NCBI RefSeq assembly: GCF_902652985.1
Contig: NC_047022.1
Span: 7,006,001 to 7,070,000, forward strand
DNA length: 64,000 nucleotides
Reading direction: 5' to 3'
Source of the DNA: Pecten maximus
Lineage: Eukaryota
Position numbers and translations under genes: made by a program. Of this stretch, positions 48,285-62,799 are shown piece by piece. Within the stretch, counting starts at the first letter, position 1. Each line of letters opens with the position of its first letter. The notes under the pieces are model-generated. The model saw only the letters and a program-made list of their open reading frames with translations. It was not told where the DNA came from and did not search any database.

Positions 48285-51200
48285 CTAGTCCCTGGAGATG
48301 GCTGGAGGCCTTTCAAAACGCATCTGTGTCGTCACTGGAGTTGGTGTCTGTAAAGATAAAGTACGGTTCGTAACGTTATAAAATCATTCCAAGCAGCTAT
48401 TGAAGTGTCAATGAACAATAATAGGTACTACAGTACAAACTCTGCCTTTGTTACAATTTCTGATGACACAGTGTATGCTTTATTCATAGAAGTATTTTAA
48501 TACAAACTCTGCATCGATTCTTTCGCTCTTTTGAATTACTTCACACAGAGTTGTCTCTGAGGGCGATTATAATTACTTCTTCGTTAATTTAATTCCTATC
48601 AATCGAACAATTCGATTTCAAGGTGAAAGGACACACAGAATTATATAATTTTATAACAGATTCTAGGCGTTCATATACATATAAATACACTCACTTGTTG
48701 TCTTCTCCTCCAAACAGCTGTGGCAGTGTACAGAAACGGGTTAATAGCAGCGTTGAAAGGCAATACGAAAACCATCACCCAGGCATAAACGCCATCTGGA
48801 TTCTTACTCCATATCTGGATACCACACCTATAATGAATCACATTTATTTTGTTACTTCCGGGTTATAATATAAATAAGCATCCCTGAACAAATGTTAAAT
48901 GGGTATACATGAAGTGCCTCAACCCTTCCTGAATAGCTGTAACTTGTATGAAATTTGACCAAAGTCAACAGTGTATTGATTTGGCTTTTCCATCATTATT
49001 TGTATCATCAAATCAGATAGCATATGCTTTTTTTAGAAACTTACCCATGACACCTATGGGAAACCAGCAGCAAAGGTCTGTCATCACCACAAAGAACAGG
49101 GTAATCGCTACCGTCCTCTCTCTTTGGCGACTTTGTGAAGAGGCAATACCGAGACCACTTTTTCTCAAACTTTTGCACATACAAAGCTGATTTACGAAAA
49201 TAATAAGAAATATAAGACCATTTAGACAAACAAACACTGCGAAGGAATAGCCCGTCCCTGACCGTTGATCGCCTGTAAGAGGCAGTGCTAGACAAACACT
49301 TGACTGCGAGTAGAATTCTCCTTTAAAGTAAGATGGTACAGCGATGATTGGGACGACTGCAAATGTGATAGCAACAGTCCATAGGGACATGGATACAACT
49401 AAAGCCTGTTTCCATGAGATGCTCCATCCAGAGAGACGGGACATGGGGAACATGATGACGATTAATCTATCCACTGTCACCATAAGGATTAGAAATGTCG
49501 ACATCTCACTGGATACACTAGATAATACACCTGCCGTGGTACATAAAATGCTGTTTCTCCATTTCTGGTCGTTCCAGGCATATACACCGTTGTAATAGGC
49601 GTCAGACATACCTATGATTAGTAGGTAAATGCCCATAAATACATCCGAAATCGCCAAATTCAGCGCGAAGATTGAATAATTCTTCGTTGTACTATCTCTG
49701 TCGAGGAAAAGTCTGTAAAATATGACGACAAGGTTTCCAATTAAAGCACATATTCCAATTATCCAAAGAAATGTTCGAAGTACAGTTGATCCCACTAGCG
49801 CAGAACAAGAAGATATCGCATCCACTTTTGATTTACATAAATCAGCATCCTTAAGACATTGCCATAATTTATATTGTGTATCAATACAGTTATTTTCATC
49901 AACAGATATCGGTATAACGCAACACATAAACGGAACGTTTGTATATAGCTTTCGCAAGTTGTTCAACCCTTTAAACATATTTTCTACCACCTCCAACTTG
50001 TTCCGCATGACATTCAGTTCTATAAGACTACCTGGCAGATGTGGTAAATTTGTAAGTAAGTTATCTGCTAAGTCTACATATCGAAGGTTAAATGGCATAA
50101 CAGGTCGAACTAATGATTCATTTTTTAGTATTTGAGGATGACCATTTGTGCGGATTCCAGTAAACACATTATCGGGAAGAACAGCAATTTTGTTGTTGTA
50201 TAGATTTGGAGTTTAGACAGTCCCCTAAATGCATTCGCATCTATCACGGAGATGTTATTTTCGTCTAGACCGAGTACGGTTAGCTTAGACAATCCCTTAA
50301 ATATATTTTGGGGTATAATTTCTATTTTATTTGTACCTAGCCTTAGGACAGAAAGTTGTAGCAATCCGTGGAATATATCGCTCGGCAGGGTTGTTATGCT
50401 ATTATTGATCAGGTTTATCGCAATCAGTTTAGACAGTCCACTAAAAACGTCATTTGGTAGTATGCTTATGTTATTATGGTTCAGAAAGACGCGGGTAAGT
50501 TTAACCAGTCCCCCAAAAATATTACGTGGAAGTATTTTTACATTATTGGTATTGTGGCTGAAAAGGGTGAGCTGCGGGAGTCCACGGAGAATGTTAACTG
50601 GTAGGATGTCTATGTTATTGCGGGCCATGCGCAAAACTTTAAGTTTAGAAAGTCCATGGAAAATGTTATCTGGTAATGTGGATATGTTATTGTCGAAGAG
50701 AAGTAGCCGACTAAGTTTTGACATTCCACGGAAAACGTTTTGTGGAAGGAATTCTAAGCTATTATGACACAGATAAAGACGGGTGAGTCGAGATAGTCTA
50801 TTAAAAATATTATGCGGTAAGATTGTTATATTATTGTGGGATAAATCGAGAAAAATAAGTTTTGAAAGTCCATTGAATACTACATCGTGGAGGATGGCTA
50901 TGTTGTTGTATGACAGATTGAGATGGGTAAGTTTAGACAGTCCTACGAATACATATTTAGATAAAACTCCTATGTTATTGTTGTTGAGGTCTAGGTCCAA
51001 GCGCCGAGGCGATGCAGGTAGGGACGAGCAGTTGTAAGACCCTGTACAGTTGTACGGTTCTGTAACAAAAACACAAACACAAAGTGTGAACAACTGCAAT
51101 GCATCTATGTATGTATGTATGTATGTATGTATGTATGTATGTATCTATCTATCTATCTATCATCAATTATTTGATAACAATGTTTTCTAGTATTTTCCTT

Positions 51201-51659
51201 TCGTTCATGTGATTCATTCATGGAAATTAAATGATAAATTATTCTTACTCAATATTCGGTATATCCTGCCAAATTACATAGTGTATAACAATACCTTTAT
51301 TTGTTTCGTTCATAGTTTCATTTGTCATAGTTCCTGATTTTTAAGTGTTTTTTTCGAGTGAAGATTTACTCTATACGTCAAAATTAAGTGGTAAATGGAT
51401 TTTAGTGTTTCTTGTCAGGCTTCCTTCAGTTTCCAGATTTTACATTAAACAAATGTATAAAGAAGATGTGCATGCCAAAAATATTACTTTCATTATCTAT
51501 TCTACTCCGATTTCAAGTTTCTGGTTTTGATATCAAGGGCAAACGTACCACAATCGATTCCTGTTCCGTTTTCTGGGCAATAAATACAATATTTGTATTC
51601 CACAAGATGACGATATGTTCCAGGCGGACATGTGTCTTCCCCAGAGTCATGTGGACGCC
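48285..51659 (-). pseudogene. LRR-containing class A GPCR (LGR/GRL101-like), frameshifted; exons about 51659-51505, 51059-49045, 48827-48695, 48347-48285
   Basis: About 12 LRRs of 24 aa, hinge CC..C..ISSCSAL, TM motifs GNLVVI, NLAISD, VDR, VCLALP, TDLCCWFP, AINPFLYT. Frameshifts near 50205 and 48800. Confidence 0.88.
51106..51161. repeat. Compound microsatellite (TATG)n(TATC)n
   Basis: Read directly. Confidence 0.95.
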
Positions 51660-53498
51660 CTGAAAAGCACCATACAATGATACAAGTTATGTTTACTACT
51701 TTAAAATCCCAGGATAAAACGGTATACACGTCTGATAGCGGATTTTGAAAATGTTGGGTATCATTTTTTTTAGATTTGTAAAAATTCAAAATGTATAATA
51801 TAACGATATCATTTTTCCATCAAGTGTTTTTATTCTCGGGTTCAGTATCGTTGATTACATTAATAGTTATTTTAAAATATTAAGACATCACAGATTAATG
51901 TTAATTTGTTGTCTTCCTCAAACGGCATAATGACAAAAATGTGTATTCTCTGTTCTTAGACCTGAAAGTAACATCCAAGAAATAATTTTCGTTAGAGTGT
52001 AAATGTATAACTATCGTAACACGTTCGTAGAAAAAGCCATCACACTAACTCAAAAAGTATAACTGTCTAATATCGGTCTTCTCTAGCAGTTTCTCGCTCT
52101 TTTAGGGGACATGCTATCACCGGGTCAAAATGCCCCAGTTACTGTCAGCTGGTAAGATGGTAATGAAACAACAGTCACAATATCAAATGAAACATTATGA
52201 TATGATATCTTCACCATTTCAGCTGATAATTAGTTTCCAAAATAGTTTAATTCACGATTGCTATAATAATAGAATCATACTATGATACCATGGCATTGGA
52301 GTTGCGTATTTTTTACTGTAAATTCTAGGAATGTCATGTAAACTGAGGTCCAAGTCAAATTGATCATCAAACAATAGCAATAAAACATTCATTAAGGATA
52401 AGCTACGGGAACATATAATGGGGTTTTTAATAATGATATTAGGTAACAATGTTATGGTATTGAAGTATCTTTGTCCTGATAATTAACTTGCCAAGACGAC
52501 AAAACTAAGACTGTTGCCTTGATTCATCTCCGTATTTCCATGAACAAAGTGGAATTTATGTCACGGGTTAGGAATGCATGACATTCAACTACCTACTTAA
52601 AATCATACATGTGTGATTAAATATACACGTTTGTGATGTCCCAATGCGCTGTGCTACGTTAATAAAAGGGAGCCGTATACTGACAAACATGTATTTGGGA
52701 GCCTTTGTGTTAGATCATTTCAAACAATATGGAAATTTTGTATTTTCAAATCGTACATACATATTCAAGAAAACTATATACTGAAGAATGATTATATGTG
52801 AGAAAAATTGCCTTTTGTGTATTTACATACCACGTTCAACCTGTTTATGAATTGATGATACTTTAAGTAATTATAGATTCCCCGTTCCCAAATTCTGATT
52901 CCCAAAACATTAAGACACTGACTACGTCAGCTATGTTACTCAACAAAAGGCAGACTGTGACAGGAGTTAGAAAATAGTCAGTATAATTTCACTACTAAAC
53001 GGGACAGCTCTGCAGTAAAAAATAGACGGAAAATAACTCAGATACAGTTCTGCCGTTGATTATAAACACATCCACCAAGTTTCAGAAAAGTTGGCTAAAA
53101 GCTGTGGTTTGATTTGTCTGGGAAAACTCTAGTCAGAGAGATGTCACCCAGATGTTTACCTGGGTGGTTGAGGTGCAGTAATCATTATAAATCAGCAATA
53201 GTGGAAAGGAAGATACTTACATTTAGGACTGTCCTCAAGAACTTGTCTTTTCACACTGGTTTCCTTGCCTTTCACTTTGATGCCGGCGTCAAAATTAAGG
53301 ACAATTTTGTCATCCACTGAGATTGTATCCTGCATTTGTTCATATTCCTTTGAGAATGATACAACGGTATTATTTCCAGATTGTGTTGAATTTGTAATCA
53401 AGGTATACGTTATAATGATGATAAAATACGTAGACATTAGGGATATCATATCTGTCGTGATAGCAGTATAAAGGACTGTTATCACAAGGATCACGAAA

Positions 53499-53790
53499 AT
53501 AGAACAAATGTCACAAAACACTTTTCTATGAGAATGGAGCAATGTCACAAACCATCTGTCACAAAACAGCTGCCAAGGAATATGGAGCCATGTCAAAAAA
53601 CACTTGTCTATGAGAATGGAGCAAGAACACAAAACACCTGTCTAGGAGAACAGAGCAATGCACAAAACAACTGTGTAGGAGAAGAGAGTAATGTCGCAAA
53701 ACACCTGTCTAGTAGAAGAGAGCAAAGTCAGCAATCCAAAAGAATGGAAAGATGCCACAAAACAGCTTTCATGCGGAATGGAACAATCAC
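53499..53790. repeat. Degenerate minisatellite, unit about 32-33 bp
   Basis: About 9 copies of gagaatggagcaatgtcacaaaacacctgtcta variants. Confidence 0.85.
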
Positions 53791-56700
53791 AATGTCGTGT
53801 TGCAACTGTCTGGTCGACGAAAACGTTTCTATGCTGCTTTTCCTGAGCTGCATCATTATATTGTACTGGTGTCGATGAATGTGATATTTTGAATACATTT
53901 ATATGTACTTCTTAGATAATTTTACCCTGATTTACAACTGATCCTGTGTCGTAGCATATTACAAAAGTATTGCAAGTAGATGTCAAATAAATTAAGCTAG
54001 ATATGTTGCGTTGTACGGAATCTTTTGTAGACTAAATAGCGCGGTTCCGGTTTAGTGACATTTCGTTGGTCAGATAACAAACGAACATTTGTATCAGGCA
54101 GTAAACACTTCAAATGTTTCAGTCTGTTTGACAATATAGTAGACGCTTTAGCCAAAAGGCAAACATGGTCATTGGGACATACAATATTAAACTAAAACCA
54201 ACGATGTAGCATGGTTAGCGAAGCTGTTCAAAGAGTCATATACTTAGATTTATACCGTTGTGTGATCATAGATTGTATTGAACTCACGACAATAGTAAGG
54301 GTATATTAGTAGATCACAAGGCAGGGTATCAGTGCGCAGAATGCATCGTGTTCGGCTCAGTTCCGTTTCATGGTGACGGAAACACATCCATATTTTGTCC
54401 CCAAAGGCGTTTGAAATGTAATATCCAAATGTTTATAGAATCGGTATTGTTCCTCTGCACTTTTGTGAATCAAAAACTGTGATGATTAATATGGTATCTC
54501 CCTTAAAACTGTAACCGTCAAACAAATGCTGCCTTTCGTAAAGATAAAAAGTGTATGTATTTGATACGAAAGAAGCGAAGATAGTATTCAGCTATGCGTT
54601 TAAACAAACAGATAACTTGGCTAATTGGGAAGCAATAGAGGTTATGTACTGGTCTCTAAAGTTTTGAATTGATAAACATTTTTGGCAAAGAAACAGTATT
54701 TGACTTTTCAATTTTTTAAGTTAAGAGTAGCCATCGCCCAAACAAATAATACCTTACTTTTTAAATTGCACAAATTGCTATTTTAAGTTTGTCTGTATCC
54801 CAAATTTCATTTAACGTAATGCTTGATTCCAGAAATAGGTGTAACATACATAGATATAGACGGAAATTCATTACTCCAATATATAAGGCTCTCCAATCAT
54901 TCAATGAAATGTGACCACAAAAAAATCAAAAACAAAAAACAACAACAACAACAACAAAAAATGACCGAACGAAAACGTGCTTGAACGATTAGTGTTAATA
55001 GAGTCCGTGTCAGAAAGAGACCTGTTGTCTTTTTGGGGAAAGATACATTTCGTGAATGTCATCAAACAGCAAACAGAGACAAACAGCAAACAGAGAAAGC
55101 TGCATTGGTAAAAGTACCTTGTGTACGCTATGACCTGCCCTATATCGTTTTTTTTAAGAAATGCATAATAAACTTAATGCTGTTTTATCTCAATAATAGC
55201 TTAATTACAATAAAGATTTACATCAAAACTGAATCAACATGAGCTTTGATTAACCAATTCTTGAAATGAAAAGAGATCACACATTCTTAGCTTTGCCCGG
55301 AAGAGGCGTACACTTATTATCTGGGAACTGCAATTTTGCCCGGGACAGTGACAGGAGTACACTTTTTACCCATGCCAATGTTACAAAGTAATCTTGTTTA
55401 TGAAATGATTCCTGTCACTTGCTCAAATATAGCCTTTATGTCGTGTTAATTATAAGAAATAGTTTCCCTGGTCAAGCTTTAAAGAATTTGGTACTTTTCA
55501 AATATATTATTGCGTGAACGATGACCACCTTTCAAACCCCAATTTGGGATCGACCCCAGCTTTACTATATATCACCTTAATATAGAACATATATGTTTCG
55601 GACCAGGCCAGAATATACTATATTTCAAACCTATCAACAACATATCACACTACTACCAAGACCAAAACACCCCATACCGTGTAATGGTATGTTATATAGA
55701 TACTCCGAAGTACATAAACATCAACATGACAAATATGGAATCCCACATTATTTGTCGTCTGAAAATGTATTATATATTTATGTTTTTCAATGATACATTA
55801 TATTTTATTTTCAATCACATCTATTTCATTTTTTGGTTATGTTTTGGAGGCAAGTATGCATTTATACACAAACATAATACATAATTTAGGCGGATTTGAA
55901 GGTATGTACCGGAATAAGTAATCCGATCGGTGCCGTTACTGGCGATAAACAGTTGGTTTCGTTGTTCTAAACTGTTGGCGTCTTTTCAAAACAGACAAAT
56001 AAATTGATTAATAACGCGAATAAACCTGTGAGGTGCAAAGTAAAAGAGTCGATATGACAACCATGTTATCAACGTGATTATTCCATTTTCCTCCATTGAA
56101 TTTAAAATAACAAAACAACCAAAACTAACAAAATGCATCAAATATTAACAATTTAAATATACCCTCTCCTCCTTTAATCTTTAAATTAGACATCATACCT
56201 ACGATGCAGTATGAGAGTTACCTGAACAATTACAATTTATTCGCCTTTAAAATCACTAAATACTGTCCACAACATTTTATATTTCGTTCAAAAGTGAAAT
56301 AGCGTTGCACTGCTCTGCTGAAACGGGATAAAACCTTAATATATCAATAGCATTAACAACTGACAAATCAATTAACCAAGTGTATAGTTTCATAGGGAAT
56401 CCAGTTCGGATAGGATTCTGTGATATCCAAGTGCAGGTTTCGAAGCCTTTCACTGATGATACGACCATATTGATGAGAAATACTCAGATATGTAAGGCAA
56501 ATTCACATTTGAAATTTGAATATCCAAATAAGCATTTATGAAACTCAAACATCTGCAGTATGTAAAATTCATCAGACATAACACTATATAATACGCAGGC
56601 TTAAATGACACAAGAGTCATAAAAACAACCAAAAACAAATGCTGAGACACAGCCAGTCAGCTGGCCAGGCAGAGAGAAAATGATAGCATAGCTGGTTTAC

Positions 56701-57547
56701 CTTCTCTCATGCTATTGTTGCAAAGATAACCCTACCCCGGTATACTAGTCGTTTACCAATGCTAAGTTTTACATCAGAGATACGCAGAACATCACAGCCT
56801 TCTGATTGCTGTTTATATTTCGTTCGCCGTATCTTTGCAATCGTTACTCATCTGTGTCCCCTTATCATTCTAGGGCTTTCTAGTAGGGCTCGCGGGTGTT
56901 TTTCACTGTCACTGTCCTCTACAACACGGTTTCCCACACTGTCGTCCATTAAGCTCTTTAGATTAATAAGCCTTCTCCTGACTGTAACGTTGGTAGACAT
57001 TCATCTTTTACTTCATCATGATATACAAAAAGTCCATCCAAGTATCCATGACAAATTTACAACAACACTGTCTTTCCAAGCACCCCCATGTCTGGGACAG
57101 ACACCTGTGCGGTTAACAACCAGTGATGTCTCTAAATGTCCTATCCCAGTAACTCCTGATGAAGCTATCATTTACCATCAGTAGTAAATTTAATTTTGAG
57201 ATGTCTTAGGTCAGTAATTTGACTTGATTGGCATGATGAGTAACACTTCTAGAAAATCGTAACTGAGTATCTATATACGTTTTCAATGATCACCATATTT
57301 CTTGATACATTGCCCCAATTTTATCGATTTAGAGTTTAAATCACGGTTATGGTTTACATGTCGATATGCTCTGTTGGTCTCTGAGACGATCTTTACGCAT
57401 CCACTGTCTATTGATTTCCCTCAACTAACTGTGTTTATTAAACGTTCTGACAAGACCAAGATAATTATTTATGATCATGTTACACGCTTCGTTTGGTATC
57501 AGTCTTGCAGTAGAGTGTATAGAACAGTTTGTCATTAGCGACTTCTA

Positions 57548-60500
57548 ATGATGGTGGTTAAAGGTCTATCCGACAAGGCGAGGATGTTATGGTGCACTGT
57601 TTACTTAGCCGTGTGTTGCTATTACACAGGTAAAATATTTTGATTATTATTTTGGATGCTGTCCTTTGGTACTGGCAGTAGTGGTCCAAGGCCGTCTTTC
57701 TGCCATGTTTGTATGGGACGGTACCCCTTTCGATGTTTTGTCCTCGTTCTGAGCAGTTTTTCTCCGTCTTCGGCTATGACCTACTAACAGAGTAATGTCT
57801 GTTTAATTTACTAATTTGTTCGTAATTTACAAGATGAGAGGTGTGATGCCGTTCAGACCAATGATCAACATTACAACAAATCAACCAAATTAATTCTAAA
57901 AGGCACAATATATCATGAAAATACACGAAGTTGTTACAATGGATGTCAAACAAAGTATCGTTAAAATAGTTATTCCTAGCAAAATGATATATTGCAGTTT
58001 ATTGCAGATCCTAATCGATTGATTATAATCGTTGAAACATTTATAGTTACTTGAACAATTTGCTTTCTTGTACAAAACATGGCATTGGAGCCCTGACTAA
58101 GCAATGCTCAGGAGATAGAATTGATAAACATTAAACCTTACATAATCGTTTCTAACGTTGCTTTTTTTTGTCTGCTGCTGCGATTTGGTGATGTCGATAA
58201 GGGAATGGTCATTGCTCTGATAATGAAGGGGAATCTTAACATTATGAAGCCCAGCGATATGTTTTACATTAGGCAACACTTTAACGTTTAAGTTGGCGCC
58301 TCAGAGTCAAAGGTAAATCGTCAATGAAACGGACGGCCGCGCTTTACGTCGGGACGTCAAAATAGGTGCAAACGCGTGTCGCATCTCCATCACCGATTTA
58401 AGATGACTAAAATGACTAGATTGTGAGAGTTTCATTTAAGGTCACGATGTCCCGATGTTAGTCAGTCACTTACGTAGAGACGACCCGAACATGAAATCTA
58501 TCAAGCCCAGTGGCTGCTTGCACATGCACCTGATCGGTTTCGTTTGGCCCATTGAAGGCACGTTTTGTTCTCTGATGTGTGAGTCACGCTTTACGTTTTA
58601 GAGGTCAGATGGACAACAACATGACTAGAGCAATAGGTTGTAGCTCTCGTAACTGGAAGATACATATTTAGGAGAAGAAATATTATTGTATGGGCCGGGA
58701 TTTCTCAAGATATGAAAACAGCAGTAAATATATGTATCGGGTTTTTTAAAACCGAACGTTCTTCCTCTTATTCTTAGTGCAATACTTGATATAGTTTTTT
58801 TACAACTTAACTAGATTCAATTGTAATCCTAATCCTATTAAGGTATTCAAATATTTGAGGTAACACATCTCTATAATACAACATTAGTTAAGGCCCATTT
58901 CCCTTAATCACCCTCTAGATTCAACTGTATACTCTCTGTACAATGTATATATTATTAGAAATATACTGTATCTATTAATCCACATACAGAAGTCTTTTGT
59001 TATGCTATCTGGCCCCTACACTGTGCCTTATTTAAATTTTAAGATAAATTTTTGTCGTATTGTTTGATTTTTCACTTTTCGTTACGATTCAGTTCATGGC
59101 TATTTCTCCAGTCGCGTCATTTCTAACGTCGCATTGAACAAGCCAACTACCCAATCATCGACCTTGACCGCTTCCTCGCTGGCTGTGGACGGATTTGTCG
59201 ACCCTCCAACATGTATGTCAACCTCAGGGACAGGGTATCAGTGGTGGCAGGTTGATCTTGGAGCAGTCTACACGATATTAAATGTTTCCATTCAAATCAA
59301 TATTGATGAACGTAAGTATTTTAACAATCTCCTGGATATAATTTGACAACATCTGGTATAGGTATTCTTTATTGATTGTATTGATCGTCTTCATGCGGCG
59401 ATTGTTTTACCGGTCATACCGGTGCACAATCAACATAGCATGTAACTAATATCATTGGCCAACGCAAGTTTCTTTTAGATACATAAAAGTAATTATTTTT
59501 CACCTACATTCATTAAAACAACCAGTACATGAGTCAGCAACACCGTGTATTTTTACGTCTCGGCTGCGTGAATTAGAAAAAATAATTTATTAAAATGGTA
59601 AATTTACCTGATCTCACTATGAGCAGTACCTCAGTATACACAAAAAACCTATTTAAAACGGGAGTTTACAAAAGCAAACAATATCAGTACCGGTTTAGGA
59701 ACAAGCATTTATTGAAGTATCGCAAAACGAATATGTTTTATGCAGTTACGCCTGAAAAGCAACAGCATACAATCAATGGGTCGGAATACATAGTGTCAAT
59801 TGTATTGGGTATTTTTATTCCCAACGATTTTATGATATATTGTGCAAGATTTTAGATTTTACCAGCTAGATGAGAAATTAAATTAAATTAAATAAAACCA
59901 GATTCAAATTATTCCAATTTTCCATATTCCAGAACATGTAGGTTTTGGTTCTGCCGGATTGTTTAGGCTCTCAAACTGACACATAAGTAGTATTAAACTG
60001 GACTATCGGAAAACCCATTAGTGTTGTATTTATGGCCGAGTGCTTAAGGTGTCCCGACACTTTATCACTAGGCCTCCGCCTCTGGGTTGCGAGTTCAAAA
60101 CCCACATGAGACAGTTGCTTGGTACTGACTGTAGATCGGTGGTATTTTGGCTTTCCTCCACATCCAAAATCAGGCACGTCCTTAAATGACCCTGGCTGTA
60201 AATAGGGCGTTACACCAAATAAACCAAGTATTATATTGTAGCTTGATTCCCTTACTATTTTAGTCGGAGGATTGAGAAACACTACTTTAGAATTTTCCAA
60301 AACTAACACGTCTGATGTAAGAGGTCATCTTCTTGATGCCAGTCTATGCTACAACGTCGTCAGAACACCAGCTCCCGTTGATAATAGTATCATCGTACCA
60401 TGCCAACATGACACAATCGGTCGTTACCTGAGAATTTCAAAGATAATTGAAACCCAGAAAGACGCTTTGACCTTCTGTGAGGTGGTTGTTGAAGGTATAT

Positions 60501-62799
60501 GTATGCATCTTTTAAGTGAAAAACTGCTAAAATATCAAATTTCCATGTAGACGGAGTTATGTTTACATCTCTTATGTGCAAGTGCAAAGTATTGTAAATA
60601 TGTTCAAAAGTACCACTTTAATTTTGATGTAATAAATACCCCAGGTGTTTTTGTTTTGGCTTGCTTTATATGATTTATAGTCATCATCACCTTTGGAAGT
60701 TGTTTACACTCAGCTTATAAAAGCAATGCGTCCATTATAGATGCATGAACAATAACATTTGGCAAGCCTTTTGGGAATTTCTCTGTTCATCTAAACGGAG
60801 TGCTTTGTTTTTCGTCTAGTCTTTTTCATTGATAACAGATTTTCTTTTATCTAATTTAGTATCCAGGAACAAATGTAATTTGGCTGATATAGCATTAAAT
60901 AAGCCAGCAACCCAGTCGTCGGTGAGGTCTGAAGGCGTCGCAGGAAGGGCTGTGGACGGCAATCTTAATCCACACTACAGTGGATGTACACATACACACG
61001 ACACGGACAATAACCCGTGGTGGCAGGTAGACCTTGGAGGTGTCTACAGTATCGATCATGTCTCCGTTCAGAATAGATTATTCAGAGGTAAAAATGAAAA
61101 TTGTTACAACATATTGTATAAAGTAACTGCACGGTGCTACACACAGGTATATACATATGTGTGCGGTTGTAAGGAGTGTGTGTGTTTGAAACTAAACCGA
61201 GAAAGATTGAAATAACTAGACTGAGCCTTTCTTCCTCTTTGTCTTTGATAAATGATCGGTCTTATTTCTTATAAGATCCAACAATTATGTCATCTTACGC
61301 AATTGACGTAGTATACAAAAAAAAACAATGATAAAACATGAAACGACCTTTGGGAGAAAAATCTGCTCAAGCATTGTGGCATCATCAGCAATTCTACTGA
61401 AATGTACATATAGTTCCGAACGGGTACATACATATACCTGAAATATTTCTCTAAAAAAAACCTGGAATCCTGGAATGTTCTGCATATTCAAGCTGTTTGC
61501 ATTTATCAAACGCACGTTTCTTGTATGAGAACGGAGTCCCTCCGGGTATACATTACTGGTCAGTTAAACAGGCTCAAATGTACCACAGCTAAATTTTGCA
61601 CTTTTTACAGGAAATCTAAAAAAAATGGAATATATATTGCTTTTACTTTCTAAGGTCAAACAAATAGGCAACCTATACAGATACCACCATCATAAAATCT
61701 AACCAAATCGACACAGGTTTGCACATATTTAAACAATACTTATTACAGTTTTCATATGCAAATCATCTAAGGAGATTGTTATATAAATATGCATTTCTTT
61801 TGATTTTAAGGACCAGCCATTTGAGTATTGTAATGCAATGATTGGAGAGCATAAATGTTGTCATACCACTAGAAACAATACAAAGAAATTAACAATATTC
61901 TGAATATTCCAATAAAAATTAAATCAGTGAGATGTTTGTCACATTTCTTTTGTCATTTGTTTCAATAGGTTACCGGCTCAAAGATTTCATTGTAGAAATA
62001 TCAGAAAGCGAGGCCGATGGGCCAGATGGTCATCGTAGAAACAGCAAACTGTGCTACAATTACACTGAAGATCATGTACCTTCTGCCGAACTAAGGACTC
62101 TGGCTTGCCCAACTGACACTGTCGGCCGCTACCTGAGGATCACAAAGTCATCCAGTCTTTTAACCTTATGCGAAGTCATCGTAGAAGGTAACTATTTAAA
62201 TATAAGAAATGATTCATCATTGTTTAATGCTTCCTTTACACGAACAGTATTTGATATTCTGATTGGTTTAAAGTGACACAAAGAAATGTAACGGCTTCCA
62301 CTTTTGTTGAAGGCATGGACATTGTGCTTGCATCTATGCCATGTTTTTTTTTCTTGTTGGCTTTCGATTTGGAAAAATGCATTAATCATGAATAATAATG
62401 AATTATAGCCATGTATTATTCATGAAATCTGGTGTGTTCCGAAAAAAGATTAAACAAAAAACCGACGATTGCTTACGTTACTGAACACTATTCTATATTT
62501 ATATATTTTGTAAATCGTTTTTTTTATCCCCGTGCCACTAACACCAACAGCAATAGTAATACCATCATTAACTACAATGCGTCATAAAACCTTTCCCTGC
62601 AATTACAGGTAAACCGATTTCTTGCCTCGACACTACATGTCAAAAGATGCCAACGATCAGACAACGTGATGGCCAATCAATGGTGGAAGTCGTGAAGGAG
62701 TTGAAAAAACGGATGTCCGGAAACGGAAGCAGATGCAACTTTCAGAGGAGATGGATCAATGGGGGATGGTATTGGTCTGTGTGGTTCCCGACTTACTAA
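57548..62799 (+). CDS. Secreted protein with two F-type lectin (fucolectin/FTP) domains, 389 aa; exons 57548-57629, 59093-59311, 60264-60494, 60860-61087, 61969-62187, 62609-62799
   Basis: All five introns are GT-AG phase 1 and give one open frame. Signal-like MLWCTVYLAVCCYYTVHG. Two copies of ALNKP.TQSS..AVDG..WWQVDLG..GRYLRI..LT.CEV.V. The first exon is less certain. Confidence 0.85.
60033..60227 (+). mobile_element. tRNA-derived SINE, family A, intronic and diverged
   Basis: TGGCCGAG A-box, GTTCAAAAC B-box, cacgtccttaaatgaccctggctg tail. Confidence 0.85.

Noticed and set aside
49722-51037. Plus-strand ORFs over the LGR
   Set aside because: Antisense shadows of the LRR repeats.
53499-53790. 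CRISPR-like array or the 116-aa ORF
   Set aside because: Units are contiguous and degenerate with no unique spacers, in a eukaryotic context; the ORF is a by-product of the minisatellite.
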